NCBI RefSeq assembly: GCF_036321535.1 | Contig: NC_087436.1 | Coordinates: forward strand, 113,152,001-113,216,000 | Direction of reading: 5' to 3' | DNA from: Camelus dromedarius | Taxonomy: Eukaryota | DNA: 64,000 nt | Shown here: positions 36,945 to 50,037 of the stretch, piece by piece | Layout: every line of letters begins with the position of its first letter | Position numbering within the stretch: position 1 is the first letter of the stretch | Position numbers and translations under genes: made by a program | Notes under the pieces: generated by a model | What the model saw: the letters and a program-made list of their open reading frames with translations, nothing else | The model's database searches: none | Told to the model about the DNA's origin: nothing

Positions 36945-37140
36945 TTTTTTTAACTTTTTTATTGAGTTATAATCATTTTACAATGTTGTGTCAAATTCCA
37001 CTGTAGAGCACAATTTTTCAGTTATACATGAACCTACATATATTCATTGTCACATTTTTTTCACTGTGAGCTACCACCAGATCTTGTATATATTTCCCTG
37101 TGCTATACAGTTTAATCTTGTTTATCTATCCTACATTTTG
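36945..37140 (-). mobile_element. Young lineage-specific L1 3' end with perfect 16-bp TSD
   Basis: TSD gaaatggttacattct at 36929-36944 and 37141-37156; same subfamily as 20535-20769. Confidence 0.93.
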
Positions 37141-37725
37141 GAAATGGTTACATTCTGATGATAGTTCACGGCCAGAATGAAAGAGGAAAACGGGAAGGAG
37201 GTCAAGAAAACATTTTTGCTTGGATTTGGTTTCAGGCATGGACAAAATCCCTGGCTCAACTTTTATTTTGCTTTCATGGGCAAACTTGTACCTGATTGTG
37301 GAGTGTGATTCTTTCAGTTCACAAAAGGTCAAAATTAAATGTTAGAGTAAGTCTGCAGATTTATTTCAGAAATGACCAGAACTTGAAATAATATATTTTC
37401 ATTGATAATCATGGTTTTTTAAACTTGCTGTGTGCTTTATAGCTTTGTTCTCCAACCAAAATACTAGCCTAGAGGAAAGCTAACAGTTCAATAATATAAT
37501 GTGTCTAGTGTCATATGCCTTTTAATGTTATTAAAGTTTATAATTATTCTAGCATGAATGTGATGAAGTCTCATTGGGTAACTTCTGCTCTTGGCACTTG
37601 AATTACAAACACAACAACAACCTTAAATGTATTGGTGAAAAATGTACATTTACTACAGGTTTTGTGAAGAGACAGAGGAGACTACATCACACATTGAACA
37701 GCAAAACTTAATCCAATCACAAAAC

Positions 37726-38090
37726 TGCTATGGAGGGACCCCTCTCTCAAATTCATATGCTGACACTCTAATCCCAATGTGATGGTATTTGGAGGTGAGA
37801 CCTTTAGGAGATACTCAGGTTTAGATGATGTCAGGAGGGTAGGCAGCTTATGATGGGATGGGTGTCCTCATAAGAAGAGACGTCAGAGAGCTTGCTTCCT
37901 CTCTCTCTCCATCGTATAAGAACACAGAGAGAAGGCTGCCATCTGCAAGCCAGGAAAAGAGCCTTCACTGGGGAACCAAACTGGTCAGCACATTAATCTT
38001 GGATTTCCTAGTCTCCAGGACTGTGAGAAATAAATTCCTGTTTTTTAATCCACCCAGTCCATGGAATTTTGTTATGGCAGATTGAGCTAG
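37726..38090 (+). mobile_element. MaLR solo LTR (MLT1A-like)
   Basis: 'aaattcatatgctga...cccaatgtgatggtatttggaggtg...ccatctgcaagccaggaa...gactgtgagaaataaattcctg'. Confidence 0.88.
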
Positions 38091-38244
38091 GAAAGGGGTG
38101 CTTTGCTATTGGTAATGATACCAGGACACTGGGTGTAAGCCATGACTGTACTAGGCACTCAGGAAAGTATGGTAACTCTACCCATTACCTTCTATCTCTG
38201 TGCCTGAATCCAAGTTTCCTCTCTTCCTACTTTAAAAAGTGTCT

Positions 38245-38757
38245 TAAAACTCATGTCACCAGGGAAATAAAAATTAAAAACAGTGAGGTAACACTATACA
38301 CCCCCTTCGTGGCTAACATGTTAAAGACTGATGGTGCCAAGAATGGACGAGTAGAAAACTGAGCTCTCATACAGTGCTGGTAGGGCAGTAAAACAGTACA
38401 AACAGAACCAGTTGGCACCTTCATATCAAGTGAACTGTACCTCTAGCATAAAACCCAGCAATTCCATTCCTAGGTTATTTGCCCAGGAGAAATGAAAAAT
38501 CTATCTGTGGAAGTTAATACAAGAATATTCATGGCAGCCTAGTTTGTGACAAACAAAAACTGGAAACAAAATCTCCATCTGTGAGTGAGTGGATGAACAA
38601 TTCAGAGTATGTTTATATCATTGAATACTACTCAGCAATAAACCTGGAAAGAATTCAAATGTCAATCAACAGGTGAACAAATAAACCAACTGTAGTAAAT
38701 CCACACAGCAGAGTATTACTCCGTACTGAGCAAAAAGAAAAGAATGAAGGGATGGTG

Positions 38758-38788
<31 letters not shown>

Positions 38789-39140
38789 ATATGGGTGAAT
38801 CTCAGAAACATTATACTGAACCCAAGCAACCAATACAAAAGAGAATGTACTATCTATATGATTCCATCTAGAAGCACTTTTAGAGCTGGAAAGTCCATCT
38901 ATCATGACAGATCAGTGGCTGCCTGGACCCAGGGTGGGTTTGAAGACCGAAAGCAAAGGGACTGCGGAGAAGGACTGCAGGGAAATTTGGGGAATGATGG
39001 GAATGGTCTATATCTTGACTGTGGTGGTGACTATAATAGTAGACTCTTGTCACAACTCATTGAATCATATGTGTAAGATGGTTGGTTGCATTTTCTTATA
39101 TGTGAATTATACCTAAATTAAGGAGATTTAAAAAGAAAAA
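38245..39140 (+). mobile_element. Old L1 (L1MD/ME-like) 3' region with internal (TA)n
   Basis: 'acccagcaattccattcctagg', 'gaatactactcagcaata', 'atgggtgaatctcagaaacattat', 'atatcttgactgtggtggtg'. Confidence 0.8.
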
Positions 39141-40819
39141 AATATTGAAAATAATATTTTCTGCAGTTATTTTTGAGAATTCTGACTCTTCTTTCCCACT
39201 TGTATATCCTCTTTAGAAAATTGAATGCTGCAGTAGTAAGGAAACCTTATGATTATCTATTGATATTCAAATGTGCCTTGTGTTGTCTTCAGTTCATTGT
39301 ATCAAAGATATATGTTTGATAAGTGTTAGAAAGTCTTGAAACGTACTGTGACTTGGTACTTGTTTTGAATTGTTACCTGTAAGCAAGCCTTATTTTTATA
39401 TATATTTTATATTATATATATTATATATATATCTATATATTTATTCTCATTCATTTACTTATCTAGGTACAAGGTCCTAAACTAAAACTTCTAAAACTTT
39501 TATTGGCCCTAGCTACCCTACCTTTGGGACTGTTTTCCTGGCCCACCTTTGTCCTCTTTCCATTATGCCTTCCCTAGTCTTGGATTTAAATGCCACATAA
39601 TAATAAAAGTCCAGCTTGGAACTAACTATGCACCAGCTTAAGCGAGGATTTGTCATTAAATTATCAGCTGCCAACACAACTCAAGGGTTGGAGACTGGCA
39701 TCTGGTGGCCAGCTGTTCAGACTCCTTTTTAAAAAAAACAGACTTTAGAAGACTTCCAGATGAAACAAAGTACGCAGGTGGCATCATTTAACTTGATGAC
39801 ATGACTCACCATACTTTGTAACTGGGTCCCCAAGAGTTTTCCATTTGGGCTGTTAAAATGTCAAAGGAGAAAGTGGCTGACGGTGGGCACTGAAGGATCA
39901 GGTTTTGTTTTCAGCAGGACTTGAGTCCCATAGCTGGAAGAGATCCACACCGTTGCTAAACCCAGTTGCCCTCCAGGCTCAAGGTAGGACCATGTAAAAG
40001 TTGTCAACAGAGTTCCTCCAGGCCACCTTTTCCTGCCTCCCTTTTATGCTGCCAGCTTTCCTCGCTTTGCCTAGGCAGTTGTCCACCCAGTCCTGCGGGC
40101 TCAGAGCAGGGCCTGGGGCCGCCAGGGCTGCGGTAGTTTTCAGGAAACAGTTTCCAGGTATTCGGTCCCCTCCTTTCATGAACTTCCCCTTTCACCTACC
40201 TCACCACTGTCCCTAGGGCAGCATCCTTGAACAGAAGGATCATAAAGTTAATTTACCAACCAAGGCTTTTAAAAAAACAACCAAGGTTTTACGAAATCTG
40301 AGGCTCCGAGGTAGTCCATGATATTCCCAATGACAGCTGCTGATGCCTGGTTGAGAATCCGAGTTCTAGATCCCCAACTTTTCTCCAAGGCAGCTTCTAT
40401 TTATGGCCACATCACTCCTGGGGTGTGATTTGAAGGATTTCATAGGAAAGGCCCTTGATCCAAAAATATCTCCTCAAAAATGCTATTTGGGTGCCTTCTC
40501 TTTGAATTGACAACATTAACGACTGAGAAGCAAGTCATTCTGGAAGGATTTCCTGAGCTTCCTAGACCAGGTTAGAACCCCTCACTATTACCTTGAGCCA
40601 TTAACTCCTGGAGTGCCCTCTCTGCTGTCAGGGGTGATAGGCAGGCACCATAGTAAATCGCTCACTAAATACTAAACTATTTAATTAATTATTCTATGAG
40701 TCTTTCACCCATCAGAAAAATGAGTTTAATAGCAGAGTTGCTTTCCCAATGATCTACAAAAGCTAGTCTCTCTAAGTGTATAGAAGTATTATCAGGAGGA
40801 AGGAGACAGGGAGGAATCA

Positions 40820-40990
40820 CACTTGACTTTAAGCAGGAGTTCAGGTTCAAATACCAGCTGTTCTGTGCACTTGTCCTGTACCTTTTCAGAACACTGAGGC
40901 TCTCTGAGTCTTTTTCATCTTCTGAAGGGAAGTTCCCATGACCATACGTAAGCTGTTTAAAGAGTTAAATGAGATAATGCAAGTATGATC
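40820..40990 (+). mobile_element. MIR SINE
   Basis: 'ggttcaaataccagct...ctctctgagtc...gagttaaatgagataatgca'. Confidence 0.7.
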
Positions 40991-41126
40991 TAAAATGAGC
41001 TACATTTGTTAACCAAATCATGAGGGTCTCATGCCACAGATTATAAGAACTGACAGTGTGAATCACAATTCTAAAAAGTCTCAATAACACTTCTCAGTTG
41101 TTAATGTTGTGCATGAAAATCATCGG

Positions 41127-42488
41127 TGTGGTAGGCAGAGTTCAAGGATGACCCCCCCCCCCCGCCCCCCGGCCTCCTAAAGATGTCTCACTTGTAATAA
41201 TTGTGACTTATAATCAGAAACACAAGTTTGTATTGTTGTCCCTGTTCCTAGCACAGAGCTCTTAAAACCCTTGGAATTTACTAAATGACGAGAGTGATGA
41301 AAGTATCTTAATACTCATAACAAATGTCTTTCAACCTCACCTGAGATTATGTTAGTGAGGTAATTTTTGGAAAGCACCTAAGGATGGGGGCTGGTGGCCA
41401 AGGGTCCTAACCATGTGATTGGAGGATTGGAACTCTGTCTCCCCATCTCTGCCCCGGCCACCCCTACCTCCAATCTCCAATGGCCAATGACTTAATCAAT
41501 CAATGTTATGTAATGAAGCCTCCGTAAAAACCAAAAGGAAGGGCTTTGGAGAACTTCTGGGTTGGTGAGCATGAGGGTAGAACGCATGGAGAGGGCAGGC
41601 ATAGAAGCTCTGTATCCCTTCCCACATAACTTGTCCTATGCATTTCTTCCATCTGGCTGTTCCTGAGTTATATCCTTTCACGATAAACAGTAATGTAGTA
41701 AGTAAAATATTTTTCTGAGTTCTGTGAGCTGCCCTAGAAAATTAATTGATCCTGAGGAGAAAGTGGTTGTGGGAACCTCCTGCCTGTAGCTGGTCAATCA
41801 GAAGCACAGATGAGACAACCTGGACTGTCTCCAGATACATAGTGTCAAAATTGAATTAAATTTGTGGAATATCAGGTCAGTTTTCACTGAGAATTGGAGA
41901 ATTACTTGAGGTGCTAGAAAAAAACACATATCATACAGGCTAATCCACAGAACCTGTAAATATGGGGAGATACCACTCTGGTGATTCTGTTTGATGATAC
42001 AGCACAGTTGATCTTAAGACAGGGAGATTATCTGGGTGTGCCTCATCTGATCACATGAGCCTTAAAAAGCAGAGAGCTGCTTCTGGCTGGTTGGTGGCAA
42101 CACTGGATGTCAGAGAGATTCCAAGGGTGAGAAGGATCCAGTGTGCTGTTGCTGCTTTGAATGTGGGGGAGGCCATGTGAAAAGAAATGCAGATGCAGAG
42201 AGTGGACCTCAGCTCACAGCCAGCCAGGAAGTGAAGATCTCAGTCCTACAATCACAAGAAAATGATTCCTGCCAATAATCTGAATGGCTTTGAAGCAGAT
42301 ACCCCTCAGGTAAGAGAGGCCAGGCCAATACCTTGGTTTGGGGCTTATAAACTCTGAGTATATCACCTGGCTCTGTACCACACCCCACCCCAACTTCCGA
42401 CCTACAGCAGTGGGAGCTAATACATGAGTCTTGTTTTCAGTCTCTCAATTTATAGTAATTTGCTCTGTAGAAAGAGAAAATGAATACA
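41127..42488 (+). mobile_element. MaLR LTR (MLT1D/E-like) split by a MER21-like LTR
   Basis: Start 'tgtggtaggcaga'; resumes about 41938 with 'agggagattatctgggtg...ctcagtcctacaatcacaagaaa'; ends 'aatgaataca'. Confidence 0.78.
41192..41937 (+). mobile_element. MER21-like ERV solo LTR
   Basis: 'gttcctagcacagagctcttaaaacccttggaattt', 'taatcaatcaatgttatgtaatgaagcctccgtaaaaacc', 'tctgagttctgtgagc'. Confidence 0.8.
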
Positions 42489-42489
42489 C

Positions 42490-42622
42490 CTGAGGCTCTT
42501 GCTAAAATGATCCTTCTGATTCAGCGGGTCTGAACGAGGCCTGAGATTCTGCATTTCTGACGAGCTCCCAGGTGATGCAGACGCTACTGGTCTGGAGATT
42601 AAAGTTTGGGTAGCAAGACTCT
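42490..42622. mobile_element. MER5A fragment
   Basis: 'ttctgattcagcgggtctg...ggcctgagattctgcatttctgacgagctcccaggtgatgc'. Confidence 0.8.
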
Positions 42623-42948
42623 AAAGAACACAGGCAGTACAGTGAAGTTGGTCAAACTCTTTTTTCCACCAATATTATATCCTTTAGGAAATAAGTGAGT
42701 TGTTGGGGTTAGCCATACTTTTTTTCCTGGCAGTCTTTTTCCTAGGGCCACTTTTGTAGTTTGCCTATTTTACAAGTTCAGTTGTCTCCCCAGAGCATAA
42801 TATGCTGGAGTGGAGAGAGCGGCCCTCATCTAGGGTCACATTCTATCTCCCCTTTGCACTAGTGTTGGTTCACCTCGGGTGATTATCTAACGTCCTGGAG
42901 CTTCAGTTTCCCCACACTAACGGTCTACCACAGCCTTCCTCACAGGGA

Positions 42949-43394
42949 GTGATGGTCACTTATCTCTCAACCAGTTGTTTGGCCAAACACCAGTCTAGAT
43001 GTTGCTGGAAAGGTATTTTGTAGGTAGGAGTAGCATTGATAACCAATTGACTTTTAAGTAAGGGAGACTAGACTCAATAATATGGATGGCCCCCATCCAA
43101 TCCAAGAAGCCCTTAAGAGCAAAAAACTAAGGTTTCCTAGAGAAGAAGGAATTCTACCTCAAGACTGTAACATAGACATCCTGATAAAATTTCCAGCTTA
43201 ATGGTTTGCCCTACAGATTTTGGATTTGGCAGACTCCAATCACACGAGGAAATTCCTTTAAAAAAATAATATATACACACACACATACACACGCATGCAT
43301 AGGGATTATATATGTATATACTTTTATAGATCTCTCTCTCTTTCTCTCTCTGTCTCTTTGGGTTCTGTTTCTCTAGACAAGCCCAGCTGATACA
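42949..43394 (+). mobile_element. ERVL LTR (MLT2-like) inserted in a MIR
   Basis: 'tggccaaacaccagtctagatgttgctg', 'gaagaaggaattctacctcaagactgtaaca', 'ggttctgtttctct...ctgataca'. Confidence 0.82.
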
Positions 43395-44194
43395 CAGGGG
43401 TTAAGAGAAATGGTGGCATATGGAAGGCATTAATAAATGTTTATTCTCTTTAATTTGTATCTCTCCATGTCGCAGTAAAGTAGATGGAGGAATGCACAGT
43501 AGGAAGAGTTCACTGTGGATTCCTTTATTTCCTCTCCCTTATTTGGTCACATCTGTTGGCGATGTGCTTAATTCTTTTTCCTATTCTGAGGGTGGGTGGT
43601 GATGGAGATTCAGCAGGTTTCATCAGTTACAGACGATGGAGATGATTATCATTGACATGAGCAGCCAAATTGAGGATCAAGTTATAATCATTCTTTGAGG
43701 GGAACTGGAGAGCAATTGCTGGGGGTGGATAGGCAGGACGGAAGCATTTCTCCTGAAGTCGCACCAGAACCTTACTGATGATGGTACTGGTGTTCCCCCT
43801 TGAAGTCCTGTCTCTGATTACCCACATGTGCCTTCTAATGGGCTTTGTCAGCAGCTTTTGCAAACTGAAGAAACCAAGGATTTGCTGGCAGTCCTGGATG
43901 TGGATAGAAGAATCACTTCATGTAGGAGGTACTGGAAGTGCACAGGTTGAAAAATAGCAGCAATCTTGTGTGTTTGTATTTCTGCATCATAAGAAGTGAT
44001 TTCATTTCCATCTTATCATCTAACATTTATAAGTAGGGTGTGGCTATCTCTATTTAGATGTGAAGGCATGGAGCGCTAAGACTTGGGGTTTCCCTGTGCA
44101 AGTCTTCTCAACAAGTCAAATGCAGAGCCTGGGTCTGTCTGGTTTTAGGACAGTCCCTTCATCTCTGCAATAGCCATCTCGCTATCAGTGCAAT

Positions 44195-44208
44195 CCAGCA
44201 GGTGGCAA
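44195..44208 (+). promoter_or_regulatory. Candidate CTCF motif
   Basis: CCAGCAGGTGGCA matches the core CCASYAGRKGGCR. Confidence 0.4.
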
Positions 44209-45167
44209 AAAAATCTCTGGCATCAAGGGATAACAGAAACTCTTCTTTGGTCTTCCTTACTGTGGTGAGCAAAGAAGCCTAATGATTAGAGAGTAACTCT
44301 TGGGGCATGGGACCCTTCAATATTGGAACCATTGTAATATGACTCAGGGCAGGAAGGAGGGGGTGGATTTTGGCAGAGAGCATAGGGACCAACAAATGCA
44401 TAATATGGCTAAGGTTATTAGTGCTCAAGAAATGAGGTCAGTTGCATGAGGAGCAGGATTACAAATTTTTAATGTAGACCAGACAAGAATCTTCAGAAAG
44501 AAATTAATTCTCTTGATGGTGAGGTACATTCATTTTATATATCCCAGGGAGGCTCAGACTTTACTGCTTTGTGGGGCCAGAAGATAACTGAGTGATCTGG
44601 CTGTGTACAGGACAGTGGAGAGTGAAGGTTACTCTGGAGAACAGGCAAGTCCAACCAAGCATTACATCTGCAGGCCAAGTTCTTGAGGAGACTTCTTCCC
44701 TATCTCTGTGTCTAGGACCCAGTAGTTACATCCTTCCCAGTCATAAGGCAAGAGCTCCCATTTGCTCTCCCCTAGGGAAACTGGAAGACCACCAGCTGGA
44801 TCCCAGCTCTCTCCTCCAAGTGGGAAAGGGAGACAAGCCTATGGCATAAAGTGGATACCCATTGCTGCAGAATTTTGCCTAACACAAGAAGGAGTCTAAG
44901 GGGACTGAGACTTAAACAGTGAGAGCTCATCAATTCTGTGATTTCAAAAAGTGGAGTGGCTTAACCTGGCCAAGGGCTCAACTCCTAATTCCTTCTCCTC
45001 CCCCTCTGTTCAGGGCTCCCCAACCCCCATCTCCAACTTTGTGTGACTTTGACACAGTTTTCTAATCTCTTTTGGAGTTTAAATTTTTATTTTTGTCAAT
45101 GTCCACTCATTTCTGGGAAAGATGGTGGAGGCAGTGACTTCAGTAGGTGTCTGGCATTCCCCTTCTC

Positions 45168-45595
45168 TATTGGCTTGAATAGTGTCCCCAAAATCCATGT
45201 CCACCCCAAACCTCAGAATGTGATTTTTTTGGAAAATAGGGTCTTTGCAACCACCCTTAAATCAAGGATCCTGAGATGAGGAGATCATAATGGAATATCC
45301 AGGTAAGTCCTAAATTCAATGACAAGTGTCCTTTTAAAAGATACACAGAGGAGAGACACACAGAGAAAAGGAGGAAGCGATGGGGTAATGGGGGCAGAGA
45401 AAGAAGTGATGTGGCCATGAACCACGATGCTGAAAGAGGCAAGGAATGGATTCTCCCCTAGAACCTTCATAGGCAGCATGGCCCTGCTGATACCTTGATC
45501 TCAGACTTCTGGTCTCTGGAACTATGAGAGAACAAATATCAGTTGTTTTAAGCCATCCAGGTTTTGGTAATTTTTTATGGCAGCCCTAAAACACA
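45168..45595 (+). mobile_element. MaLR solo LTR (MLT1C-like)
   Basis: 'aacctcagaatgtga...ggaaaatagggtctttgca', 'agaggcaaggaatggattctcccctaga', 'ccttgatctcagacttctgg'. Confidence 0.85.
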
Positions 45596-45689
45596 CTTCC
45601 TCCATGATCATCCCAGGCAGATGCTGCAGTCTCTCTGTGGATGCTGGGCTGTGGGCAGCATCACCTGCTGGGTGATAAACCAGCTGAAA

Positions 45690-46470
45690 TAGCAGTGAGA
45701 GGAATTCTTTCCCAAACCATCTGGGTTCAAATAGTAACTCCACTGCTTACTAGCTGTGTGACCTTGGGCAAGTTTCTTAATATTACTAGACTTCAATTTC
45801 CTCATCCTCAAAAAGAGGACAATTCTAGGATCTGCCTCCTAGAATGGGTCAGGAGAGGCCCAGGCAAGCCACTGTAACAAATAACCCCTAGACCTCAGTG
45901 GTTTACAACAGCAAAGATTTATATCTCTCTGACTCTCCATTTTCATGGAGGATTGGCTTGGGGCTCTGCTCTACCTTGTCAGAAGCTCACTGTTACAATT
46001 ACCTACCTGTTTCTACAAAGTAAAGTTTAAAAAAAAAACCTGAATCAGAGCCCAATCTCTAACTATTATCATCCATGTGACCTTGAGAAACACACTTGGT
46101 TTCTGCTAACGTCGGTTTCTTCATTATGGAAATTGAGATTGTATTATAGGTTTGTGGCAAGGGTACAATGTGTGAGAAACTGCTTCTTAATGGAGAAATT
46201 GGCATCTGAGAGTTGCTGGTACCCATGGCAGAGGGAAAAGGGTGGTTTGGAGGGTCTGGCTGTCAAATGTACACACATTACTTGGCTCACATCTTACTGG
46301 TAGGAACCAGTTACATGAACTTACCCAAATACAGGGCTCAGGAGATGCCTGGGAGGTGGAGAGCTGGAAATATTTGGTGAGCATAATTAGTAGCTAATTC
46401 ATAGGATTGTTTTCGAGGATAAAATGAGTCAATACCTATAATACCCTTAGAACAGGATAAGTGCTCGATG
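45690..46470. mobile_element. Nested cluster: MIR (+) / antisense MLT1K-like LTR / MIR
   Basis: MIR core 'ctgggttcaaat...ttactagctgtgtgaccttgggcaagtttcttaa' at 45720-45810; MLT-like 'gtaacaaataacccc...ctcagtggtttacaacagcaaag'. Confidence 0.65.
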
Positions 46471-47850
46471 GTGCTTATTAAATAAGCTCTCTCCTTCCTA
46501 GAGGACAATTTTGTGGGAAAGAGAAGACACAGGCTGGGTTGGTTGTGTTAAGGAACACCAAAGGGACAATTCCAGGACTGTTTCTCCTGTGCCCGTGGTC
46601 CTGATACTGGGCTGTGAAGCTAGTTAGCATGGGACCTTCTCCATGTTCTTCTCTTTTCTATGCCCTGAAGTCCTCTTCCAGTGCAACAAGAGAGTGAGGG
46701 AGCATGGGGTGTGGGGGCCCCTCTCAACTGGGAAGCAGTTCAGCATCTGAGCAGTGGATGGGGTCCTCAGGATCCTGGGGCAGGACATGGGATTTTGAAG
46801 GATTTGCAAAGGAAGCAGCAGGGAAAATATCAGAGGTCAGAGCTATCCTCAAACAGGGAGGGAGCCCACATAAATGGTAGCGATTCACATTCGTACAGGG
46901 TTTGCCGTGGAGCCCATGTCCAGAGGAGGCTGAACTCTGAGTTTGTAAGCAGACTGTGGACCATAAAATCACAGGGTGGGCCTTCTGTGTTACCTGACCT
47001 GGCTGGCTCTCCAAGGTGACTTGTCTTTCGGCCAATTTTAGTTTTTAATGAATAATCTCTTTGATTTAAAGAGTATTATTCACTGGATTTGAATTCTTGG
47101 GTTTTTAACTTTTTTATTTCACATGAATAACTTCCCTTGATTTATCTGAAGTCACAGGGATGATAGTTAAGGGACGATAGCTGTGTACGTAAGTGCTGAT
47201 GGAGTGAACAGAGTGCTGATCCAAAAGGGGGAAAGGCTCAAGTTCATTTTTGAGAAGAACTGCCAGAAGAAATCTCATTTTCATTAATCAAGGGACTACT
47301 GTATGGCAGACACTGTTCTAGGAACTGGGGATTTGGCAGTGATCACAACAGACCCTTATACCTTAGTCTTCGTGGCACTGGTGGAAAGGGCAGTTGGGAG
47401 ACACCAGCCTGTGTGTAGAAACCCATGAATTCATGTGACATTCTGTTTACACTTCTGGAGAGAGCAGTCTGTTCAACTCAAATTTGGCTAGAAGCCTGGG
47501 ATTCTTGGTAGGATCAGCCTGATATAACTATGATAAATCAGGGACCCCTTTGAATTTTTAAATGAGAATGATTAATCACTTATTTGTCTTTTCATCCATT
47601 TGGCAAATAGTTCACCAACCACCCATCTTGTGGCAGGCACTATCTAGGCTTAAGATAAAGTGATTCACAAAATAAACAAGGTTCTGCTCTTCTGGAATGG
47701 GTGTTCCAAAGGACTGAGGCAGACCATGAAGGCCAAGTGAACAAAGACTGTATTTCTCCAGTTCTTCGATATGAATTTTTAAAGTTGCAGTAATAAGAAT
47801 AGAACTAGAAAATGTGCGCATACTTACATATACACACACATACACACACA

Positions 47851-48229
47851 CAGTGCATCCTGGAACATGTTTAACAGCCAGATGCAAAAACAAATAGGAC
47901 TTTGCTTTGTGGTAATTACTGATTTCAATGGTGTAAATATTCCCACTACAGCCAATTTTAAGCTACCAATATCATATGGTCACTGAATGTGGAGTTGGGA
48001 ACAGGTACAATAAATGGAAGTTAACACCAAGAGCATAAGTAATAGTAAAATACTGAAGGTGCTATGAATGTGGCATATTAATTAACTTCATTTTAAATAT
48101 AATTTCTTTCATTTAAAGTTTATATAATTTAACTTTAATAACAGTTGTGTTAACAATGGGCTCACAGGATGTCTGAAATTTAGCAATGAGATCTCATGAG
48201 TCAGTTTGGCTGTCTCTAGCATGCCACTG
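47851..48229. mobile_element. MER63-like hAT-Blackjack element inserted in an old L1
   Basis: Ends 'cagtg'...'ccactg'; 'ggtgtaaatattcccac...aagctaccaa...gtcactgaatgtggagttggga'. Confidence 0.78.
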
Positions 48230-49700
48230 ACACACATGTATACACACATGTGTGAAGTCACATGTACACACACATACATATACATTTTGGGAATCATGAG
48301 GGTGCACTGACTGAAACCTCTAACTCCAGTCCAGGTGGTGGTTCTTGCTTTTCCCCATTCCATGTTTACATTTCCCTTCTTCCTGAGTGAGAACCTTGGG
48401 TCCCAACAACATCAATGGTACATTAGTCATTTGCTCAATCCTATTATACATCTAAAGTAGTTTTAAAATTGCTTCACCTGTATCACTGAGCAAAATAAAA
48501 CTACTAAGAGGAATTTGGTCACTCCCTAGTTCTCAACCCCATTCAAGACTAAAAGTACACAGTGACATACTTCTAAAAAAGGTACTTTAATATTTTAATT
48601 TTTATTTACTTTTTACTGAAGTATAGTTGATTTACAAGTACTAGTTTTAGGTGTATAGCAAAGTGATTCATATATATATATATATTCATATATATATATA
48701 TATATATATATTCTTTTTCAGATTCTTTTCCATTATAGGTTATTATAATATATTGAATATAATTCCCTATCTATACAGTGGGGCTGTGTTGTTTATCTGT
48801 TTTATATAGAGTAGTGTGTATCTTTTAATCCCAAACTCCTAATTCATCCGCCCCTCTCCTCTTTCCCCTTTGGTAACCATACATTTGTTTTCTACTTCAC
48901 ACAGTGACATACTGCATCACAGTTACTCAAATTCATTATCCATCTCCCGCACCCCATCAGTATGGTTTTTGTGTTCATTTAAAAAACATTTAAGCTTATT
49001 TATTTTAGGTTGTTTTCTGTTTTAGGCTTTCTTTCATCCATGCCATCCTAGTCAATTTAAGATTATTTTAAAAATATGTAGAAAATGAACTTGGTTCAGA
49101 AAGTCAAGTTTATGCAGAAGATGTACACTGAGAAATGTCACCCTCTCCCATGTTTCCTCCACCCAGTCCTCCCCCCACCAACTTCAGTGCTCTCTGCTCA
49201 ATCTTGCCTGTGTTTCTTTTTGTAAAGATAAGCAGACATATGTTTCTTACTTCCTCTTCTTTTTCACACAGAAGATAGATTTTTTTGCATGTTGCCTTCA
49301 CCATTTAACCTTATCTCCAGAAATCACTCCATATTAATTCTTAGAGCTCTTCATTCGTTTTTTTTTTTTTTAGACACATAACACTCCCTTGTGTCTATGT
49401 CTTATAGTTTATTCAACTGATAACCTATATTTGGACATTTAAGAAGCTTCCAATATTTTTAATTATAAGTAAAGCAATGAATAATCATGTGCATATGTAT
49501 TTTCACACTGTTGGCAGTGTACGTTTGGGGTAAATTCCCAGACGGGGATTGCTGGGTTGGTGGGCAAACGTTCTACACTGAGGTTTTCTCGTTGGGTGTT
49601 GCTCAGTTTCTCTCTCTAGGGGCTGTATGACTTGCATCCCCTCCAGCATTGAATGAAGGTGCTTGTCCCCCATAGCCTATCATATTTCTATACTCAAAGT
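48230..49700 (-). mobile_element. Old L1 (L1MC/ME-like), antisense, interrupted by a younger L1
   Basis: 'gtgagaaccttgggtcccaaca...catttgctcaatcct', 'ttggacatttaag...gtaaattcccagacggggattgctggg'. Confidence 0.65.
48572..48898 (-). mobile_element. L1 3' end with perfect 15-bp TSD and internal (TA)n
   Basis: TSD acacagtgacatact at 48557-48571 and 48899-48913; 'gaagtatagttgatttacaa', 'cccctttggtaaccat'. Confidence 0.9.
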
Positions 49701-50037
49701 GAAAAATAAAATTAAAAGACTGAGCTGAAGAATGAGAGTATTGGATTTGAGCTAAACCTCTGACTTTTACCATCTGTGTGAGTTTAGGGACTCCCCATGG
49801 GCAATCCTCAGTTTCCTTATCGGGAAGATGGAGGTGGTGGTTGCAGGTTTGAGGAGAGGGTGTAATGTGCACCGTTGGAAGCAGAGAAGACATGCACCAT
49901 GTTGCTTGCTTACACAACACTTTTGCTTGTTTACATTTATCTTGATTAAGATAGGTCTCAAAAATGAGAATTCTGGCAACTCAATGTTCCAAGTAGACAG
50001 GAATCTCCTTACTTACAGTTTTACTGAATGTGGCTCA

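Noticed and set aside
39979..40179. ORF starting MKGGDR, reminiscent of a kalirin short-isoform N-terminus as I recall it
   Set aside because: The similarity stops after six residues; treated as coincidence
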